Positions 58,131 through 64,000 of a stretch of DNA of 64,000 bases are shown one piece after another. Origin of the DNA: a virus (taxonomy: Duplodnaviria; Caudoviricetes); IMG/VR virus record IMGVR_UViG_3300025769_000005, positions 2,085-66,084 of that record; one strand, given 5' to 3'. Position 1 is the first letter of the stretch; each line of letters begins with the position of its first letter. The position numbers and the translations under genes are program-made. Under the pieces are notes generated by a model that was not told where the DNA came from, ran no database searches, and saw only the letters and a list, made by a program, of their open reading frames with translations.

Positions 58131-58148
58131 TGTCATGACATATTGTCA
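58131..58148. promoter_or_regulatory. Operator-like TGTCATGACA-N3-TGTCA, copy 2
   Basis: tgtcatgacatattgtca. Confidence 0.45.
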
Positions 58149-58310
58149 TTATATTCTATCAATAATGACTTGTTGAATATCATTAATATCAAATATATCT
58201 TCATTGATTATAAAGTCTTGTAATTCTTTGTCAAAAAACACTGTGTCATGTGTTAAATAAATTGGTGAATCTTGGTTTTTTAAGTAGAATGTAAATTCGA
58301 ATTGTATCAT
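58149..58310 (-). CDS. First small early protein
   Basis: Likely start MIQFEF at 58310, downstream of promoter copy 6. Confidence 0.45.
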   Translation of the reverse strand: MIQFEFTFYLKNQDSPIYLTHDTVFFDKELQDFIINEDIFDINDIQQVIIDRI

Positions 58311-58336
58311 TGTATAGTTTTTATTAGTTTCACTTA

Positions 58337-58369
58337 TATTATCCAAATGTTTTAATGATTTGTTTGTAA
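58337..58369 (-). promoter_or_regulatory. Early promoter-like motif, copy 6
   Basis: TTACAAACA-N15-TGGATAATA. Confidence 0.75.
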
Positions 58370-58506
58370 AAGTTGTATATATAGTTGTAAAACTGTATAA
58401 AAAGTGGTGGGTTGGGTTAAAAAAAATGAGTTTTGTGAGGAAAAAGCAAAGAAAAAAGTGAGGGGGAGCGCTACACCCCTCTATTTGTGACAACTTTTTA
58501 ATTTTA

Positions 58507-58551
58507 GTGACAATAGGTAGTTATAAGTATATAGTAGTACCCTTGTGTCAC
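58507..58551. promoter_or_regulatory. Inverted repeat GTGACA-N33-TGTCAC, site 2, in the divergence region
   Basis: Same half-sites and 33-bp spacer as 52128-52172. Confidence 0.55.
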
Positions 58552-58573
58552 TTTTTCTATTTCCTCTTCACTT

Positions 58574-58602
58574 GTAAATATCACTAGATATATGTAAGTA
58601 TA
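58574..58602 (+). promoter_or_regulatory. Class II promoter-like motif at the start of the structural arm
   Basis: gtaaatatcactagatatatgtaagtata; shares GTAAAT.TCACT with 3889. Confidence 0.5.
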
Positions 58603-58638
58603 TAGAGTATACAAATATACATACTAAATACTTAACAA

Positions 58639-59091
58639 ATGGCAATAATATATAGCTATCCTCAAGGAACACCTACATTATCAGACAATGTAATAGGTTC
58701 ACAGATAGATCCAATTACAGAAGAAAACAAAACAGTACAATTTACAGTAGGTCAAATAGCAGCATTTGCTAATTCATACAGTCTAGGTTATACAGTTTAT
58801 ACAGCATTACTTACCCAAGCTGGAACAGCAGCACCAGTTGCTACAATATTACAAAATACTACAGGAAAAACATTTACATACGCTAGAACATCAGGCGGTG
58901 ATTACACAATAACAGCATCGTCAAGTTTATTTACAGCTAACAAGACTATAGTTTTCTTAAATGGTGGTTCTGCAGAGAATAACCACGATATTGCTTGGGG
59001 TAGAGCAAGTGATACTGTTATAAATCTTGGTACACATAACAGTGATGGTAAATTTACAGCTGGTTCTATAGAAATAAGAGTATACGCATAA
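58639..59091 (+). CDS. Tail/fibre-associated structural protein
   Basis: MAIIYSY N-terminal module shared with the next gene; ends IEIRVY. Confidence 0.6.
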   Translation: MAIIYSYPQGTPTLSDNVIGSQIDPITEENKTVQFTVGQIAAFANSYSLGYTVYTALLTQAGTAAPVATILQNTTGKTFTYARTSGGDYTITASSSLFTANKTIVFLNGGSAENNHDIAWGRASDTVINLGTHNSDGKFTAGSIEIRVYA

Positions 59092-59100
59092 ACAAAACAC

Positions 59101-59679
59101 ATGGCAATAATCTATACTTATAATACAGTACTTCCTGCACTTGACGATATACTGTTAGGTACAGAGAAAGATGCTACACTTAGAAATCCTACAAAGAATT
59201 TTAAGGTAAGTGATTTAGCTAAGTTTATAATTGATAGCGTAAATGGTACAAATCTAACTGTACCATTATTTTTTGATGTAACTGATCCTATAACAGGTTT
59301 AACATCTACTACACTAGCAGATTCCATATTAACACAAAACGCTAACCCCGGCGGAACAACTCTAACAGTCGCGGGTAATCTATATGTAACTGGTGCTTTA
59401 AGAGATAGCACAAATAAACCAGGCGCATTAGGTGAAGTACTAAAATCTACAGTTACAGGTACAGAGTGGGGTTTAGTTTCTGGTTCTACAGAAGTTATAC
59501 CTTTTAACAATGTAACAACAATCACAGCAACTCATACTGGAGCATTAGGAACTTTTCCTTCTATTACAGTAGTAAATAACAATAATATAGTTGTATATGG
59601 TGAAATAGCTTATGTAAGCACAACACAACTAACAGTAACATTTGCCTCAGCACAGACAGGTAAATTATATCTAAACTAA
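59101..59679 (+). CDS. Tail/fibre-associated structural protein
   Basis: MAIIYTY module; LRDSTNKPGALGEVLKST resembles the N-terminus of the 493 fibre. Confidence 0.6.
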   Translation: MAIIYTYNTVLPALDDILLGTEKDATLRNPTKNFKVSDLAKFIIDSVNGTNLTVPLFFDVTDPITGLTSTTLADSILTQNANPGGTTLTVAGNLYVTGALRDSTNKPGALGEVLKSTVTGTEWGLVSGSTEVIPFNNVTTITATHTGALGTFPSITVVNNNNIVVYGEIAYVSTTQLTVTFASAQTGKLYLN

Positions 59680-59684
59680 AAAAA

Positions 59685-61316
59685 ATGGCAATTAATTTTT
59701 TAAATAACGTTAACTTAAACTCTATACAAGTAGAGAACATAGTTATAGAAAAGTTCGCAAGTGACGCTGCGGCAGGCACAGGTGTTGTTGGTCAATTATA
59801 TTTTGACACAACAGCAGACACATTAAAACAATATGTATCAGATACTGGAGGCGGAGCAGCTGGTTGGATAGAAGTAGGCGCAACAAGTGCTGTAGAATCA
59901 ATTATAGCTGGAACTGGTATAGGTGTAAGCTCTGCTACAGGAAATGTAACAGTAAGAAACACAGGACTTGTAACTGTATTAGATGGCACGTATATAGATC
60001 TTACTAAAGGCGGTGGCGGTGACAACACGCGTTTGCAAGCAGATCTTTCCGCTGTTGATGGAACTTCTATAGCTAGTGATAGATTTTTAACTAAAAACAA
60101 TAAATGGGCAACAATACCATTTGGTGATATAACAGAAGTACAAGGCGGTACTTATATAAGTGTAACAAATCAAACTGGTCCTATACCAATAGTTAATCAC
60201 GATGCAACATCTAGATCAAATACAACATCGACTGCATCTCCTGGTTACGGAGTTTCTTTCACGGCTATTGATAGTGTTACAACAAATGCTACAGGTCACG
60301 TTACCGCTACAAATCTTAAAACAATAACATTACCAGCAGATACAAACGAAACATATACATTACCAGTTGCAGCAGGTGCTTCAAATTCTGCTATAATGAA
60401 TTTAACTGCTGGTGGAACTGGATCGGGTATAAAATCTTCGGTTACAGTATTTGGTACAACAGGTAGAATAGCAATATCAGAACAAACAGGTAACAACGGT
60501 AGTATAACTGTTGATTTTCCAGACGATGTAACTATTGTAGATGATTTAACTGTTGGTGGTGTAATTACTCAAAGCCAAGCAGGTGAAACAAATAGTTTTG
60601 CTAGTCAGTTAAACATGAACAACAATAAGTTGCAAAATGTTAAAACTGGTACAGCTTCTACAGACGGTGTTAATTTAGGTCAAGTAGAATTACTAGTTGC
60701 AGGTGTTGGTGTATTTAAAGGGTCTTATAATGCTGCTACAAATTCTCCAGCTTTAGAAGGTTCAAGCAATATAGCTTTAGATCAAGGTGATTACTTTGTT
60801 GTTTCAGTTGCTGGTAGTTTCTTAGGCGAAGCTTTAGAACCAGGTGACTTTATATTTGCTAACAATGCTATTGCAGCAAACTCATCTCCAGCTATATCAA
60901 ACTATACAGTTGTACAAGCTGATGCTAACATAGCAGGTGCTGGTAGTACTGATGGTGGTACACAAAAAGGTGTTGCTGGTTTTGATAGTGCAAACTTTAC
61001 AGTATCAGCAAATGGTTGGGTACAATTAAAATCTCAATCAAACGCTAACGGTAGAAAACAAACATTAAATAACACTCCTCCTTGCGCAAGAGTTGAAGCA
61101 AACGGTCTTACAACATTTACTATAGATTTAGCAAACGCTAGTTTATTTGGAACTGGTGCTTTAGCAGAAAACGTTACAGCAGAAGTAACACAAAATGTTT
61201 CACCATACCAAACAGTATACGCAGACGTAACAAGAAGTGGATCCGCAAGTATAAGCGTAATATTTTCAGGTAGCGTAGCAGTAGACATATATAGAGTGTT
61301 ATTAACACACGTATAA
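59685..61316 (+). CDS. Tail fibre/baseplate-like protein
   Basis: G/T/A-rich beta repeats; GQLYFDT, TNATGHVT, FKGSYNAATNSP. Confidence 0.7.
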   Translation: MAINFLNNVNLNSIQVENIVIEKFASDAAAGTGVVGQLYFDTTADTLKQYVSDTGGGAAGWIEVGATSAVESIIAGTGIGVSSATGNVTVRNTGLVTVLDGTYIDLTKGGGGDNTRLQADLSAVDGTSIASDRFLTKNNKWATIPFGDITEVQGGTYISVTNQTGPIPIVNHDATSRSNTTSTASPGYGVSFTAIDSVTTNATGHVTATNLKTITLPADTNETYTLPVAAGASNSAIMNLTAGGTGSGIKSSVTVFGTTGRIAISEQTGNNGSITVDFPDDVTIVDDLTVGGVITQSQAGETNSFASQLNMNNNKLQNVKTGTASTDGVNLGQVELLVAGVGVFKGSYNAATNSPALEGSSNIALDQGDYFVVSVAGSFLGEALEPGDFIFANNAIAANSSPAISNYTVVQADANIAGAGSTDGGTQKGVAGFDSANFTVSANGWVQLKSQSNANGRKQTLNNTPPCARVEANGLTTFTIDLANASLFGTGALAENVTAEVTQNVSPYQTVYADVTRSGSASISVIFSGSVAVDIYRVLLTHV

Positions 61317-61340
61317 TATTAATTTAATCCAGTATAATAA

Positions 61341-64000
61341 ATGGCATTAAAGTTTTTAAATGATGGATATTTCGCCGGCAAGGTAGGTATTGGAACTGAA
61401 AGTCCTACAGCTAAGTTACATGTTTCAACTGGGTCAAGCGGTGCTACTGTTTACTCAGGTTATAATGACATGGTAATAGAAGGAGGAAACGGGGCGTCGT
61501 TAAGTTTTTTAACACCGGATGCTAATCCTGTAGATATTAATTTTGGTACTCCATCAAGTCAATTTGCTGCTGGTATTAGAGCTGGATATAATAGTGGTAC
61601 AGAGTTTATTGCTTTTAAGGTAGTAGATAGTGAAAAAATGAGAATTATTGATACCGGTAATGTCGGTATTGGAACGATTAATCCTGGTGCTAAGTTAGAG
61701 GTTGCAGGTACTGGTGACTTATCTTTTAAAATAAATAACACACAATACAATAGGTCACTAATTATAGAACAAGGTGGTGGTTATTCACATTTAAAAGCAT
61801 CACATGTTTCAGGGATCGCTATTAATTACGGCCAAGGGAATCCTGGTATTCTTTCATTGTTTAACAACACAACACAAGCTGTAAAAATAAACACGAATGG
61901 TACTTCTTATTTAAATGGTGGCAACGTCGGTATCGGAACGACTAGCCCAGGAGAAAAACTAGATTTAGCTGGAACAAATGTAGGCGTTAAAATAAATGGA
62001 ACTCAATCTTCAAGAGTATACTACAACAGGTCAGGCACATATACTTGGTCTACAGGATTAAGATCAGGAGATACTAAATTTCATATTTTTGACGAAAGAA
62101 CTGGCGACAGAGTTATAATAGATGACGCAGGCAACGTCGGCATAGGGACGACTACACCTACGGCTAGGTTAGATGTAAGGTTATCTGCAGCAACAGGCAG
62201 AGTTGCTGAACTTCACAACAACACGGGTTATGGTATTGGATTTACCGTAGAAGGCGATGGGGGCGTTAATACTATAAATTCAGAAAGCAACCAAGCATTA
62301 GCGTTTGCAACAAATGGAGCATCAAATGAAAGAATGCGTATCACAACAGGCGGTAATGTTGGGATCGGGACGACTAGTCCTGATTATCAATTAGAAGTAG
62401 AAAACACAAGCGCACAAGCTACTGTTGGAATTACGGGAGGAAACACAGATGCAAGATTACATTTAAAAAATAACGAGGGTACTTGGCTAATTCAAAACGA
62501 CTATTCTAATACAGGTGCTTTAAGTTTTTACAATTCTACGCATAGAGTTGTTATAACAGAAGGCGGCAACGTCGGGATTGGTACTACTAGTCCTGTTTCT
62601 AGTTTAAATATAACAACTACCAAAACAGTTGCTCTTGATACAGCTGCTAAATTCTTAACGCTTGGTTTAACTGTAGACGATTTAACAGCGGGTAATACAG
62701 CAGGTGGTGGTGGTGGAATAGCTTTTAGATCTAAAAACACAAACGCAGGAACCCAAATAGTTTTCGGGGCAATTGATGCAATTAAAGAAAGCGCAAATGT
62801 TAGTGACTTTAGAGGTTCTTTAAGATTTTTTACAAATCAAAATTCAACGGGAATACCTTTAGAAAGAATGCGTATTGATTCTTCAGGCAACGTCGGGATC
62901 GGGACGGATAGTCCTAGTGGTATTCTTCACGTAAAAGGTTCAACTGATGATACGGTTGTTTACATAGATACCAATAATAATGCGTTAGGAGATTCTGCTA
63001 AAATAAGTTTTAACGATAGGGCGCAAGTTGGTTGGATAGACGCTGCAGTAACTTTAACAGATGGCGGAGGTAATAAGGATATTAAGTTAAAAGTAGCTAC
63101 AGGTTCTGTATTTGTTCAAACCAACAACACAACTAGACTTACTGTTGCAGACGGCGGCAACGTTGGTATTGGCACAACTTCACCTACAGCTAAATTACAC
63201 GTAGCAGGTACAGGATTATTTACAGGTTTAGTATCTGGTATAACACCAGTTGCTGCAGCTAACTTTGTAACTAAAGCTTATGTAGACGGATCAGGCGGTG
63301 GTACAGGACCTTTCTTACCACTGGCTGGTGGTACAATGACTGGAGTTGCTGGCGTTGTATTTCCTGATGCTTTCAAATTAAACTTAGGTACAGGTTCAGA
63401 CCTTGAAATATATCATAATGGATTAAGTGGTAATAATAATATAGACAATATAAATGGAGATTTATATATGTCTCAATACGCAAATGACAAAGATATTATT
63501 TTCAGAAGTGATAATGGTGGTGGAGGAATTGCTGAATATTTTAGATTAGATGGTAGTTTTGAAAAAACAGTATTTTCAAAAGATATTTTCTTGAATGATA
63601 GTGTAAAAGCTTTATTTGGAAATTCATCAGATTTACAAATATATCACAACGGAAGTAATAATATTAGCTTTATAACAAATTCAAACGCTGCAGGTCTTAG
63701 ATTACAATCAGATGAGCTTATAATTTTTGCAGCTAATGGAACTACTGCTCGTGCAGACTTTGATATTGCTGTTAAATTATTTTATAATGACTCTAAAAAG
63801 TTTGAAACCACAAACACAGGTGTTACTGTAACAGGTGCAGCTACTGCAACAACATTCTTAGGTGATTTAAACGGTACAATAAATACAGCAACTACGGCTG
63901 TAACAAAAGCAAACGCTACAAACGACACTACGGTAGCTACTACAGCCTTTGTACAAAACTTAATAGGTACAATACCTGCAGGTTTAGTATTTCAAGGTAC
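61341..64000 (+). CDS. Second GNVGIGT-repeat tail fibre, 3'-truncated by the window
   Basis: MALKFLNDGYFAGKVGIGT...; about 8 repeats; FLPLAGGTMTG; frame open at the window end, so absent from the ORF track. Confidence 0.85.
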   Translation, partial: MALKFLNDGYFAGKVGIGTESPTAKLHVSTGSSGATVYSGYNDMVIEGGNGASLSFLTPDANPVDINFGTPSSQFAAGIRAGYNSGTEFIAFKVVDSEKMRIIDTGNVGIGTINPGAKLEVAGTGDLSFKINNTQYNRSLIIEQGGGYSHLKASHVSGIAINYGQGNPGILSLFNNTTQAVKINTNGTSYLNGGNVGIGTTSPGEKLDLAGTNVGVKINGTQSSRVYYNRSGTYTWSTGLRSGDTKFHIFDERTGDRVIIDDAGNVGIGTTTPTARLDVRLSAATGRVAELHNNTGYGIGFTVEGDGGVNTINSESNQALAFATNGASNERMRITTGGNVGIGTTSPDYQLEVENTSAQATVGITGGNTDARLHLKNNEGTWLIQNDYSNTGALSFYNSTHRVVITEGGNVGIGTTSPVSSLNITTTKTVALDTAAKFLTLGLTVDDLTAGNTAGGGGGIAFRSKNTNAGTQIVFGAIDAIKESANVSDFRGSLRFFTNQNSTGIPLERMRIDSSGNVGIGTDSPSGILHVKGSTDDTVVYIDTNNNALGDSAKISFNDRAQVGWIDAAVTLTDGGGNKDIKLKVATGSVFVQTNNTTRLTVADGGNVGIGTTSPTAKLHVAGTGLFTGLVSGITPVAAANFVTKAYVDGSGGGTGPFLPLAGGTMTGVAGVVFPDAFKLNLGTGSDLEIYHNGLSGNNNIDNINGDLYMSQYANDKDIIFRSDNGGGGIAEYFRLDGSFEKTVFSKDIFLNDSVKALFGNSSDLQIYHNGSNNISFITNSNAAGLRLQSDELIIFAANGTTARADFDIAVKLFYNDSKKFETTNTGVTVTGAATATTFLGDLNGTINTATTAVTKANATNDTTVATTAFVQNLIGTIPAGLVFQG

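Noticed and set aside
53930-58369. CRISPR-like array from the recurring motif
   Set aside because: Copies are 300-1250 bp apart, bipartite with a variable middle, and sit upstream of genes; no cas genes.
1164-62740. Many antisense ORFs in the track (e.g. 1164-1499, 30823-31125, 55791-56003, 59118-59525)
   Set aside because: They are shadows of well-supported opposite-strand genes or structured RNA and lack recognisable motifs.

Overview
This window is almost the whole genome of an AT-rich lytic tailed phage, probably podovirus-like and probably infecting marine Bacteroidota/Flavobacteriia. The host call is inference from gene content (GroEL/GroES, Twinkle-type primase-helicase) and from A-rich start regions without Shine-Dalgarno sites. 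Both window ends fall inside tail-fibre genes, so the contig looks circularly permuted. The + arm (58639-64000 continuing into 1-41241) carries tail fibres, chaperonins, packaging, head, tail, ejection and lysis genes. The - arm (about 58310 to 41325) carries small early genes, ligase, a sigma factor, recombination, primase-helicase, nucleotide metabolism and RNR. No DNA polymerase is visible. Main observations: (1) three non-canonical tRNA-like RNAs in the early region (41, 73 and 87 nt), each with acceptor stem, AUGGU and T-arm; one resembles a tmRNA tRNA-like domain with G3:U70 and carries a 23-nt hairpin module that recurs elsewhere with a different closing stem; (2) a 2732-aa putative ejection protein with zincin, sigma70-like and HAD domains, matched by six early promoter-like motifs TTACAAACA-N15-TGGATAATA, plus a second motif class that may belong to the stand-alone sigma; (3) a thymidylate-synthase-fold enzyme with the dCMP-specific Asp; (4) paired GTGACA-N33-TGTCAC sites; (5) an exact 52-bp in-frame duplication between unrelated genes. 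All calls were made by eye from motifs; no database searches were run.
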